Positions 12,737-25,114 of a stretch of DNA of 64,000 bases are shown here, one piece after another. The notes beneath the pieces were generated by a model. It did not search any database. It saw nothing but the letters and a program-made list of their open reading frames with translations, and was not told the DNA's origin. The position numbers and the translations under genes were made by a program. The stretch is from the NCBI GenBank assembly GCA_010093705.1, contig MU006107.1:170031-234030 (forward strand), written 5' to 3'. The stretch's first letter is position 1. Every line of letters begins with the position of its first letter. This DNA is from Patellaria atrata CBS 101060 (lineage: Eukaryota).

Positions 12737-13817
12737 TTATCTCTTCAACATTGCAAACCTCTTCGCCAATTCATCAACATCCGGAATCTTGCCCCCAGGG
12801 CCCTCATCCTTCTTCTCCATCTTCTTCATCTTCGGTCCGGGCTTGAGATCCGGTGGCCCCGGCAACTTAACGCCCGGATCCGGATTCTCAGAACTAGGGC
12901 TCTGCGGCGCGATCCTAATGGGACTCTTCGCCAGCGCCTTCGGCGGCGTCGCGCGCGCCAACTCCTCCTTTCCCAGATTTGCTTTCAGCGGAGTTTCGAG
13001 CGCTTTCTCTTTTTGCCCACCTCCCTTGCCCTCGGCGTCGTCGTCGTCGTTATCGTCGGCGCCCCCCGCTTCTCTCTCCTCTTCTTCCCCTTCCTCTTCG
13101 GCGGCTTCGCCATACGGGATCCCGTATGTCCGTGCGATCTCCCTAAGATAAGCTTCTACTAATTCAGGTTTGGGTGTTTCGACTCTCAACTTATTGAGCA
13201 CCCTCTCCGCCACCCCCGTCCCCTCCATAGCGCTCAGGCTAAAGTCCTTCCCGAACTTCTCGACCAGCAGCGCGCGCACGGCGTGGAGTTCCTTGACCTC
13301 TGTTCTCGGCGCTGCATATATAATGCTGCGGACCGCTTCCTCGAGGCCTGGATCGGGGCCCGAGCTGCTGGGGGAAGAAGGTCGCAGGGAGGGGGAGGAG
13401 GGTGGGTCGAGGAGCTGGGATCGCGCGAGGAGCAGTTCGCAGTAGAGTTCGAGGATCTCGTGGAGTTCGGTCGTTATGTCGGAGCGGATTATGTTTTCTA
13501 TACGGATGCGGGCGGACTCGGTTTTGCTTTGCTGCGAGCAAGGTTGGTAAGATGGTCGGGGAATGGTTGGTGGGATGGGGGGTTGCCTGGTTCTAGGGGT
13601 TGGGAATGAAAGAGGATATGTACCTCGAGAAGCTGTGCTATAGAGCGTCGTGCTTGCTTTGCTAGAGCTGAGTCTTTCTGCTGCACCATACGGAGACGGG
13701 ATATGGAGAGCTTGAGCTGCACTTTCAGTTTAGACTATGGTGGATGAGGGATTAGCATGAGGTTTTTATAAGGTTTAAAAAGCTGATACTCACGACTAAG
13801 GAAGCTGGAGGAGGCAT
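12737..13817 (-). CDS. IST1: IST1 (DUF292) ESCRT-III-associated regulator of Vps4
   Basis: Spliced product KLKVQLKLSISRLRMVQQKD...ESARIRIENIIRSD...LELYCELLLAR, ending in the MIM-like tail VDELAKRFAMLKR. Two introns. Confidence 0.92.
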
Positions 13818-14024
13818 GGTGATACCTGATTCTTCTAATATTTCTTGGGGAAAGTGTGAAGAGAGAAATCGGAAGTTGTGAAGAGCAGTGCCTGATGAGA
13901 CTCGACGTCAAAGTGGGATGTTGTGAATCCTCCTTGCCGCCGCCCCTCCCTTCGAGGAATTCCCAAAGCTGCCCCATCCTCGCCGCCACACGGCCAACGC
14001 ACATGAAGAGGCGCAAGTCAAACC

Positions 14025-14815
14025 ATGGATATCGATGATATCCTTGCCGACGTATCCCACGATGCTACCCCCACCGAAACGCGTGAGCTGCAAGAGCTTA
14101 CACGCGCTTGGGTCGCAGAGCGCGTTGCGCCAGAGATATTGCCGTATCCAGAGCGGCTGATGGAGAATGTTCTGGAGCGGATACGGAAGCAGGTAAAGGA
14201 CCTCGAGTCTTAGCACTCTATGCATTTTTATGGAGTGAGAGGACTAATTGGATGGACAAGTAGATCGAGCTGGTGGAAGAGCAGACGGGAAACATGGATC
14301 CTAAGGCCAACTTCCGATTGATTATCCTCCAGACGGAGCTTGAGAGATTCAAGTTTCTCGTGCGCTCGTTCCTGAGGGCGCGAATCGCAAAGGTAGGGCT
14401 CTCTTACTCTCTAAGGGTGTGTATTAGACTAATTGTAAAACGGTAGATCGATAAATTTCCTATCCATCACCTTACAGATACCTCTACCATATCTCGGTTG
14501 TCGGCGAGTGAAACACAATATCTTAGAGCTCACCATGTCCTTTTATCGAACCACTACCAGTCATCTTTCCTCTCGCAGTTTCCTACTGCTCTGCAACGAC
14601 TGGACGATACTATTGGGGGAATCAGTATGATAGACGCACCGGACCTCGACACAGCAGTCTTCTGCCGCATCCTACGAGACTTGGGAAAAATGCTTATTGA
14701 AGGAAAAGATAGGGAGCACCATAGAGAACTTGATCTGAAGCGAGGTGAAATCTTCATAGTACGCTGGAGCTCAATCAAAGAAAGCGTTTTTGCAGGCGAC
14801 ATAGAATTGGTATGA
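14025..14815 (+). CDS. SLD5: GINS complex subunit Sld5
   Basis: [44 protein letters not shown] and [10 protein letters not shown]. Two GT-AG introns (from 14192 and 14393). Confidence 0.93.
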
Positions 14816-14850
14816 AGGACGCAAATTCCCGTCTATAGATCCGACTTTAC

Positions 14851-16028
14851 TCAGCCAATCGTACATATGATCTTTCCCTTGGTCTTATTCGCCTCCATCA
14901 ACTTATGCGCCTCCTGGATTTTTTCCCAGGGAAAGACCTTCTCGACATAGATCTTGAATGTACGGTCCTTGAACTTCGGCAACGCATGCTCGACCAAGTG
15001 GTCCCTCAGCTTGCCCTGATAATCTTCATCCCTGGATCTTAAACTGCTACCCTCAAATCTGATTCTCTTGCCAATAAACTTCGAGATATCAACATTCGCC
15101 GGCAATCTTGTTCCACCTAAGAACCCCAAGTTCACAATCCTACCATCCTTCGCTACCGCATCAATGTTGCCTTGGAAGTAACTCGCGCCGACGAAATCGA
15201 TGATGATATCAACACCCTTTCCATCCGTCGCCTTCAGCACCTCTTTCGACCAGTCCGACGTCGTCGTATTGAACGCCGCCGTCGCACCTAGCTTCTCGGT
15301 GATAAACTGGCACTTCTCATCCTGCCGTGCAGTCGCATATACTGCGGACGCCGATTCCGCGCGCGAGAGCTGGATCCCAGCAATGGACACGGAAGACGCG
15401 CCAGCATGCCAAAGGATCGACTTACCAGGCTTGAACTCGCCGACCAGGTAAATAGCTTGGAGGGCCGTGATCCAGGTCTACAATACGTCAACCTCAGGCC
15501 ATACGCATAGCAGAAAGAGCAGTCAGATATACCTCAGGAATCCCCGCGCACTCCTCCCAACTCAGCTCCTCCGGCTTATGCACCAGCATATGCGTCGACA
15601 CCGCAATATACTCTGCGTACGCACCCCCATACGCCAATCCAAACACCTGGTCACCTCTTTTAAACCCTGCCTCCGCCTGGTCGCCGAAGCCCTCGATCAC
15701 CCCAGAGAACTCGACGCCTAATGTCTTCGGGGCTTGCGGTGGGACGGGATACATGCCCTCGCGCTGCAGAAGGTCCATCCGGTTGAGCCCGAAAGCTTTG
15801 ATGCGTACGAGCGCTTGTGTGGCGGTTGGGACGGGTTTTGGTGTCGCATCGTTGATGAAGAGGGACTCTACCGAGCCGGTACCGTTTTTAATATCTTAGA
15901 GGGGTTAGTTGGGTTTGGGCTCAGGGAGGGCAGCGGTTTTGAGCAGATGGGAAGAGCATGGTGCGTGGATGCGCTTGGGGGAATATCTTAAGCTTGTACG
16001 AACCTACTGCACGCATTGTTTCTGGCAT
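14851..16028 (-). CDS. NADPH:quinone oxidoreductase (zeta-crystallin/PIG3-like MDR family)
   Basis: AFGLNRMDLLQREGMYP, LGVEFSG, GGAYAEY, HAGASSVSIAGIQL and NKTKGKII. Two introns. ATG at 16028. Confidence 0.92.
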
Positions 16029-16535
16029 GATTTTGGTTTCGCTTGAGGAGAGACTCTTGGTGTACTTTATCAAAGTGGGAAAAATTTCAAAATATCAGAT
16101 AGCTGGGGAGGTATTTAAGAATTGAAGAGACATCGAGGTTCAAATCATACCTTTCACATTCTGTAGCTCATGGAGAAATATAAGAGAATGAGTGACATAA
16201 CATTGCGGCGAACTGCAGAACCCGTTCGGGGGAATTACTTGCATGATTAAGGTACATAGAGCGCGGGGCAATATCAACCCCTTTGCCGCTTGTCGGCCGT
16301 ACGACTTTCAAACAAACATGCTGAGTAAACATCTAATGTTTCATTGCTAGATACCAGCATCTCAATCGAATAGACGTATGCTCTCAAGCCTTCGGGACGT
16401 TCAATTTAGTTTCTACCCCATCCACAGCAATCCCGCAAACGCCAATGCCAGACCTAGACGTGAGCCATGCATAACACAACTACAACGAAGTGTTACTGTA
16501 AACTCCTAAATACCAGCCGGAGACGCTTGATTTCC

Positions 16536-18561
16536 TCAACGGACAAATAGACTATCCGAGTCCAATGTGTATTGTTTTAGAATGTCGGTCAGTTTGGCAC
16601 ACTCCACTGTAAAGTTGAGTGGCCTAATGTTTGAGACGGTATATCGGGGTCTGTTGGAACAATTAGAAAGAAACTGAAACCGAAGAGAGGGAAAGCTCAC
16701 CTCTGTTGATCACCGAAAGTCTCGAGTTTCGCCCTGCAATTGAAGATGTACGTCTTACACGTCGCCTCTGCAACAACGTTGACCGAAGCTCTGCTATCGT
16801 TCTCCTGCAGTTCATGGAACTGCTCCGCTGTCATTCCAATGACTGTCCTACCCACCTCATCGAAGCAGGTGAGCCACATATTACCAGTATGGTCGCCGAC
16901 ATTTGCAGATAACATAAACCGATAATCAGGTTTGGGGAAAGACAAGTTGCAAGCCTCGCAGCGCCATCTATCAACCTCCGTCTGTGTGGCTTTTTTGTTG
17001 CACTTCTCGGATGCACAAGCCGGGTAGTAAAGGTTTTCTTGCCTCAGAAATACAACAGATGCTTTTAGGTCGTAGTATGCAGTTTCCTCGGTCGTGCCGA
17101 GACCCTCATCCTTCACTTGTGCAATGGTCTTGTATGACCGCTTAGAGCCAGTTCCTGATGACCCAGCCATACCTGCATGTGACTGAAAGTTGTCCTGCTT
17201 GCCTTGGGCGTCATACCAACCCTTTAGCTTGTGGGCATCATCAATATCGGGATCTACGGTCATAGATCCAGAAGCAAGCAAACTCAAACTTCGACCGCCG
17301 AAGTCTGAGACTTTGACACCTTTAAATGCAATGACGGACTCCGCTGGAGCATCAAAGGATTTTGCGGAGCTTCCCCAGATGGTCAAGCGGACGGAATAGC
17401 CGGTATTGTCCACTATAGTCAGTTCACGTTTGTCGTATGGTTTGCTCGACTTTGACCCAATAATCTGAGCGACTTCCCCGACTTCTCTGAGCACACCGAT
17501 AACGTCGATTGTAGTGTCTTTTTCGACCGTCTTGAGATCTTCGATGCTGGTGAAGTTGAATCGTATTTGTGGCGCATCGCCGTCGTCCTCTGCTTTCTCT
17601 ACCTGTGTACCTGCCATAAACCCCAGCTCATAGTCATTGTTGAGAGTTGAAAACTGCTTCTTCGCCAGTTTGACCTGGCATGGGCTGGATATGTAGTATA
17701 CACCGCCCTCTTGAAAGACTTCATAAAGCATATCCACTTGATCGTTGAATCCCGTCGCTCTGATTTCTCCGCTGCCATCTAGGAGGTTTACACTAAAGAG
17801 CTTGCCTTCCCCATTATTTTTATGCCACGTCTTGATATCCGACTTGTGGGTACATCGAGCTTTGATCGTCCAGGTATGAGCGTACGGGGAAAGTGCCTCA
17901 ATAGGATACAAGTTTGCATGAGATGAATTTGATGATGCACCGTTTGTCCTTGATGGAGCATGCTGTTGTGGGCGAGGCTGCTCAGGTTCGGGTTTAACAC
18001 CGTAGAAGTTGTTGGATTGGATGGAAGCTGGTTGCTTAACATCTTCTTCCTCTTTCAGACTCTCTAACGCCGTCGGCTCACCAATCTTTTCAGATTCTCC
18101 TAAGTGTGTTAGGACATCCAGGTCTAGTATGATCAATACTCTAGTCAACGTTAGCTTGCACGAGGTTATGACGCAGGGACTGTGATTACTTCTTATTCTT
18201 CACTGTGTTTGGGTGGAACTGATTCAGTTTGACAAAGGAGCCCTTCTTGAGCTTGCCATCAATCACGACATGATTTGCCTCTTGATATATGTTAGATGCG
18301 AAGGTATTATAACGCTATCAAGACCTACGGGTTGCAAGCATGCTTTGAATGAAGTTCCGGATATCACTAAAAACAACACGGTATCTCTCCGGCTGTCCCT
18401 CTCTCTTTTCCATGGCTTTGATTTGCACACATTGTAGTATCGGTTGTCGAACGTCTTCCCCATTGAAGATTGCCCTACGTATGGTTGGTTTCTGAATCCA
18501 TTTGGAGACCGATGAGTACTTACTGGAGGGCACCTTGGGTGATTTGAGCAGCGCCTGCCAT
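16536..18561 (-). CDS. RFA1: Replication protein A large subunit
   Basis: OB-fold motifs PIEALSPY..WTIKAR, GKLFSVNLLD and IAFKGVKVSDFGGRSLS, plus Zn finger YPACASEKCNKK..RCEAC. Four introns. Final exon ends DSLFVR*. Confidence 0.96.
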
Positions 18562-18668
18562 GACGATAATCTTATGTAGGATTAAAGTTAGGGTATAAAC
18601 TTCAGACAGAGGTGTTTAAACGATATCCTGAGAGGTTACGACGGCAAGGTCTATTTGGAACTAGAGAG

Positions 18669-18708
18669 ACGCGAACGCGTCCAGGCTGACGTTAAAGTGG
18701 TTACGCGC
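18669..18708. promoter_or_regulatory. MCB-like (MluI cell-cycle box) cluster upstream of RFA1
   Basis: ACGCGA (18669), ACGCGT (18675) and ACGCGC (18703) lie 110-150 bp upstream of the RPA1 ATG. Confidence 0.65.
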
Positions 18709-18854
18709 CTCCTGTCTGAACGAGCCCCGCCATTTTCTCGGCACAAAACCACCCCCTCATGCAGGGTTGCTGTAAGCTCCTTGTCAAGCTGTCCCAAGCA
18801 CAAAGTAACCCTTCCATCTCCACTACAAACTACATTTGCACTTTTATACAAACC

Positions 18855-20143
18855 ATGGCTGACGAAGAAGTTGCGACAAAAGCTCCTGAGAGTGATGCTC
18901 AGCAACAGAATCTATTTCCGGGAGATACACCAACCCAACAGGGCCCGAGCATGGGTGTAAGTGAATAGTTCCTGCTTGTATACCACCAAGCTAACGTTTG
19001 CCTAGGAACATTGCACTACAGATAGACCTACGCGTATGATGAACATACTCTCCCCAATTGTACTGCTTACTTATTGATAACGCATAGCTTCCGGAGAGGT
19101 TCCCACTGGTGTCCGTACTCTCGTTCTGTTGATTCGGAGCGCGCTGACGTAGTCGCTATAGGAAATATCGAAATTGGGCAACGTAGATGTAAGATGCAGG
19201 ACTACATGTCAAGAATATCTGATATTAAGAACTGTCTATACAGTGTTATATTACAAAGCCAAGTGATTACCCCCATAGCCCATCGAAACTACTCCTACTC
19301 CTCACAGGAGGTACCGGTGTCAAATCGAAAAACAATCAGTTACAAGCCGATAAATATGCAGCGGAAGGCTTTCTAGTAGTGATGCCGGATCAGTCAGTCT
19401 CCAAAGAACTCAAAATCGCTATAGGAGGAAGCATGGTTAATACCTTTGGACAGATTCGATGGGGACCCAGCACCAAGCGCTAGCACAACAACAACCGCTG
19501 AATCGGGTACTTCGCTCTTAGAACAGTTCAAACTCCGGACTGCCGAGACAGCAAAATCCTTCCTCATTGACATGTGGCTGGCACGGCATACACCAGAAAA
19601 AGTACTGCCCCTGCTGCACAAAGTTACCGAAGGCGCAAAAGAAGAGTTTGCCGACGCGATTGCGAATGGCGAAGGTATCTACGCAGTGGGCTACTGTTTT
19701 GGAGCAAAGTATGTCTTAATTCTGGCTGGTGAGCATCCAGACACCATTGGCTGGGGCCAGGCACCTGCAAAAGACGAAGAGCAGGGGACAATCAAGAAGG
19801 CTCCCATCATTAAGGCTGGTGCTATAGCTCATGGTACGTCAACATTAGTCCACTGCTATAGACAAGTATTGACAAATCAGGTACTTTGGTTGAGGTAGAA
19901 GATATTGAAGGGGTCAAGGTTCCAGTAACGATAGCGGCTGTGGAGGACGACCCTGTGTTCCCTGATGAGATCCGAGAAGCGGGTAAGAAAGCCTTGGAGA
20001 AGAACAAGATTGAACATGAGATTCAAGTGTACTCGGGAGTACCGCATGGATTCGCGGTCTTAGGGCAGTATGAAGACCGGAAGATCCAGGATGCCCAAAG
20101 ATCAGCTTTCGGGCAGATGCTTGGCTGGTTACAGGCTCATTAA
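18855..20143 (+). CDS. Dienelactone hydrolase family protein
   Basis: Nucleophile motif VGYCFGAKY, Asp in EDDPVFP and His in YSGVPHGFAV. Six introns, including microexons 19006-19033, 19088-19110 and 19162-19188. Confidence 0.9.
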
Positions 20144-20997
20144 AGGTAAAGAATGATTCATTGTTTCCAGAGTATGAGAGCTAGGCGTTGTAGGCATGAA
20201 CCTTATCTGAAACACCAGAAAATAACTACACTCAATGGGAAAGCTATGCTCTGACTTCTCATTTCGTCTCTTCTATTACATCGTATTAACATCACATCGT
20301 ATCACCGTTCCATAGCCTCATTATATCTAAGGGAGTCCGTGAAAGAGACCCCTTCCGCTTCGTCGAGTCGGAGGGATGTCAAGTAAAAAGGAAACCTGGG
20401 CTATATATTATCGAACTCCCTTTCATTTACACCGGTGTTTTGTATTAGGAAAGGATAACCGGCGACTCTTCCCTTAGTCATTATAATTACGTCCAAATCA
20501 TATATACTCCAGTAGTCTCACAAGCCCTATTATCACAGTTAGCGGCAGAAGACTCAACGGGTTGATAATATGCGTGATTGAAATGTATTGAATCATTTGT
20601 TGCATTAGGTGGGCAAACGAAGGACTGATGGGTACATGAGAACTATCAACATTTGATTCTAGCGTGCTCTAGTTTTCTTTATTGGGGTAATCTAGTTTGC
20701 TGGACGTCATATCCTCTTGACGTCTGCGATAGCATATGTTTGGACGGTATTTGGTAGGAGGGAACGAATGGTGGGGGAATGAAAAGATAAACCAAAGGAA
20801 CTCGGATTCAAAAGTAGAGGCTATGAAGACCCTATACGGAGCATAATTCGTGATTGTACCGTTATGTGTACAACAAATGTATGGTTCCGGGGGGTATTTT
20901 TGACTCTAATGAAGGGAAAATAATTCGGTAAAGGGGGAACAAAATCCAACTCACCGGTACCAAACTCCATCTTTACAATACACGGGGACGCGCACCC

Positions 20998-21438
20998 TCA
21001 GGCGACAAAGCTCATGGCTCTCCGTCTATTCCGCGAAAAGTTGGTAAATCCATGAAGGATACTCCCGTTCAGATAAGCCATGGTTTGTCGCTCATACACT
21101 CTCTGCAAGCATGCATCTGACTCCTTCACACGCAATTCACGTAAGGACGCTAATCGGGGCGAAGCTTTCCGCCGTAGACATGGAGTAGATGGTAATGATG
21201 GAGAAGTGGGAGTGGTGGTGGGAGAACTGCTTGTTGGAGAAGGGAGAAGCGATGTGCTAGATGCGAACCGAGGATCTTGTAGATCATAGATCTTAACGCG
21301 GATTTCTTGTGGCCCCTGAGACATCCAACGCGAATGACGTGGACGTGCTACTGAAAGAGGAGGAATGGGTGGTGGGAGCGAAAAAGACGTTCGTGAGGAG
21401 AACAGGGGTGCTGGGATGGGGATATCTGAGAAGTCCAT
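20998..21438 (-). CDS. Small Ser/Pro-rich hypothetical protein
   Basis: 146-aa ATG ORF with LRRKASPRLASLRELRVKESDACLQRVYERQTMAYLNGS. No function recognised. Confidence 0.55.
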   Translation of the reverse strand: MDFSDIPIPAPLFSSRTSFSLPPPIPPLSVARPRHSRWMSQGPQEIRVKIYDLQDPRFASSTSLLPSPTSSSPTTTPTSPSLPSTPCLRRKASPRLASLRELRVKESDACLQRVYERQTMAYLNGSILHGFTNFSRNRRRAMSFVA

Positions 21439-22818
21439 TGGAAGCGATCTTTCTCTAGTTGCGTATAACAGTACGGATCATGGATTGGGAATATTGAAGG
21501 TACGAAGGAGCTATTTAAGGTACAAATACGATAAAATATTTCGATAGCAAAACACAGACGGAGAAGAAAGAAATGGGCCGTCAGGATACGAAGATGGTGG
21601 CGGGCGTCGTGAGCTTGATATACGAAGTATCTGACCACCTACATTTGCTCCATCCCAGAGGACAAGCACCCAATCTAAGATCAGGTTTGGATTGATTGAC
21701 CAATACACATCCTTAGACGGTTGAATAGCCGACAAGATGAAGGAAGATCACCGAGTAGTTATGGTGGCAGGCAGTGATGTGTGATTCCAGCCGTTCAACA
21801 TGGCGAACCAGCCATCGCAAAAACGCAGACCAGCCACTCAGATCTGAGCGATTTTCTGCAGAAACAAGTCAATAGCAGCAACTATAGAATTACTATCCAT
21901 GCATTTGGTTTTGTACATAAGCTTCAGCTGCTTGGAGACCGATGCAGGTTTTGCTTGAGGGACGTCGTGATGCGGTGATATTTGTTGCTCTGGTTGGGTG
22001 ATGTTCTGAAGAGCCCCTCGGTAGTCAGGCCTTGCCACTTGTCTCGAACGGGAAATCGCGGAACTGATTCAAGTAATAACTGCACGCGGGGCAGGCTAGG
22101 TCTAAAAATAGCATACAGCACCTCAAAGATAACATACGGTGTATAGGTGGAGTATTGAATTTCAGACACCATCCATAGACATACAGATACCTCCGATTCA
22201 TTGCTTCGAAGGGAAAAGATTAGTTTCTGTGCTCTCCTAAAGGATAGAAAGAAGAAGCTCTCTTCTGAGTTTCATGCGAAATACATATATGAATTGTATG
22301 TATTCTACCTAAATAGTTGTGGGTGACGGGGCAACGCTCAGTGTAGTGAACTGATTCGGTCATCCCCTAGCCAATGCGCTTCGTATTTCTGCACTGATCT
22401 TCACACAAAGGAAATGATCATTTGCAAGGAAGCTTAGTTTTATTGAATTGGCGTCTAACGGTCCCCTTGGTCCTTCCATTGGAAGCAGTCTAATATCAAA
22501 CTTGATATGTATCTGTGACGGATACCTTCGTTATTAAGTATTCCTTAATGCTGGACTCAATGCGAGTCGCCACTTTAAAAGCTCCACGAGGAGCTAATTA
22601 TCAATTTTTCGGTTCATTGTAGGAAAGACGACCAGAATAGGTCCATACAGTGCACCAACAGTAACCAATCCCAAAATGTTGGTACAGCTAACCTATACAC
22701 CAGGTGATGCAAACATAATGATATGGCGGATTCCGTCCCTCCCCTCTCAGAGCTGGCCGATATTAGTATCATGAAAAGATGTAAGTAAATAAAAACGGCA
22801 TAAATCGTAAGTGCTTCG

Positions 22819-24568
22819 TCAATCGACCTCCCAATTGCTCCCCTGGCTCCTTGATCTTGTAGTTTTCGAGTATGAGTTCACACTTTTCAGAGGAATCCCG
22901 TAATCATCTTCCTCCCAGTCGCTGCTCTCGTCCTCACTCGATTCCCACGAGCAGGGAATCCGGTTACCTCTACCCGTAATGCTATGGGATAAAGCTTTAG
23001 TGCTGTTTGAGATACTTGCAGCTATTCGAAGCATGATCGCCACTAAGTGCGCTGGGGGTCCTAAAAGAACAGAGCATGTTTTTTGGACCAAGGCCGCAGT
23101 GAACTGTTTACGTCGTACAGTCGAAGGAGGGGAGAAAAGAACAGAGGGATGAGGCATGGGAGAAAGGCCCCGGTCAGATGCAGATGGATGAAGACGGCGT
23201 AGCCTAATAGCGTCGGGCGGCGTTGGAACGTCTGACCACGGCAGTTCCAAGTTATCATCGGAGTCGCTCACTAGCGGTGGGGTAGAAGGTCGTGACACGG
23301 TCCCCTCATCCTCTGAGAGTAATCTTGGAGAGTTCAACGCTCGTGAGACAAGGGATGTCGGTGTAATTGTTAGATCCGAGATATCCCGCTTATGCTTCGT
23401 GTTTAGAGGTGTAAAATGTGTCGACTGGTTATCAAAATCGTTCCCAGATGCTTCGGTAGGTTCGAGGTATGGAGGAGATGGTGGTGGTGAGGATAGTGCA
23501 TCATTCAGAGAATAAAAGGAATCTAAGCTAGAGGCTTCGCTAGATGTCTCTCCAATGGTCTCTGTAGATGAATTGGGTTTGAACTTCGCTATGGTCGGTG
23601 GCAAATTCTCTTTAGCAGAATGGGAGGGAACGCTGATCGACCTCAAGCCTAGAGACACTCTAGGATTTGTGGGAAGTTTCCACTCGGACGGGAAGTTATG
23701 TTCTACTTTGATAACTGGATGGACGGGTGTACCATCCTCATCCGGGCTGGGCGTCTTTACACTTGCAATATCATCATGAACGGATATAGAGAAGTCTTTA
23801 CTCCCAGAAGATGTATCACTGCGGTTCTCTACATCCTCCGGTAACCAAACCTTATCCAGTTTCCACTTTTTGGCTCTTTCCGAGGTACCCCTTGGTCGTC
23901 TTTTAACCGGAGTTTCCGGCGTCTGTGGTAGTTCCACTTCGAATTCTCTTTTGAAAGGGCACGGTGTTTTCTCATACTGTAGGACTTTATCTAGGACAGT
24001 TTTCAATTCCGCGGACTTCTGTTTGTCTTCGGGATTTTGATTCGGAAGCTCGATCCGATAGTAGGAGTTCATCCGGACTCTCAGAATGAAAACAGAGTCA
24101 CCGTCGACACACCAGCATTGGGATTTAGGGAGAATGGGATGCAGGAGCTTGCCAGAGTTCAAAAAGGAAACCGAGCCAGGTACGCGGTATATACGTAGCG
24201 GACCTATCGAACAGTTAGTATGACTTGTAGACTTAGGGCTGCCTTGAGGACTTTCCAGCCGCCATAGTTCTCTCCACTGTAGAACCCCAGGGGAGAGTTC
24301 CAGTTGTATTTTGATCGGATCCCGCAGCCTTACTACCATCCAAAGCACTCCCAGAAGCGCTGGTCGACGCAGTGAAGGATACGACTTTTCCAAATGAGTT
24401 CGAAAATAGAGTTTCGACACCTGCCCCGCCTGGATCTTGGTTGGAACCTATTAGCTTCGTCGGTTCTGCCAACTTCGCAGGGACTGTGAATGAGCGCCGC
24501 ACTCCATATTGTCTTGCTGGAGTAGTTGACCCATTATCTGGCGCCAGAGGTGGTGTCGATGCGCTCAT
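22819..24568 (-). CDS. INP1: Inheritance of peroxisomes protein 1 (Inp1 domain)
   Basis: GTLPWGSTVERTMAAG|PLRIYRVPGSVSFLNSGKLLHPILPKSQCWCVDG..F.LR...YYRIELP..VLQYEKTPCPFKR. Joining the two ORFs requires an intron at 24204-24255 with a GA donor. Confidence 0.85.
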
Positions 24569-25114
24569 TATTCGCTCTTCATCAGGGGCATGCCTGACTG
24601 GTAAACAGTTGTACAAGAGGTAGTTCTCTCGTAGCCTAAGCCCGTGATCAAATGTAAAGTTTGCTATGGCGCCTTAACCAAAAGTTATTTGCAAAGTGGG
24701 TTTGGAAGTATGGAGGCTGGTTCGAGAGAAGTCGGGAGGCTTGGGGAAGCTCAAACCCCAGATCTTCGCCAAGGACGCACGGATAATCTACATTGCTGGA
24801 TGGCACACGTCTGCTTTCTTCTACATATGTACAAGCTATAATGGACTGAAATTCTTGTTCGAGGTGTGTCTCTTTGATATTAAGTCACTGTAAACTTTTG
24901 TGTAATTACGGGGCATACATTGAAATCTTAATACCCAAGCTAAAGTCTTCGATGTATACTGTACCTTCGAAAAAGCGAATACGTCACCCCACATGCCAGC
25001 TTTCGAGGCTTGTCAGGTACGATATTTAGGACGAACTTCGAACAACAACCTGTCCCGCTTGAGACCAAAGAGGTAAACATATTTTACCTGCTGCCAACCT
25101 GATGACCTGACAAG

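Noticed and set aside
14833..14853. Readthrough peroxisomal signal after the quinone oxidoreductase stop (TGA GTA AAG TCG GAT CTA TAG)
   Set aside because: The context is not TGA-CTA, and the extension ends in SDL, not a canonical PTS1.
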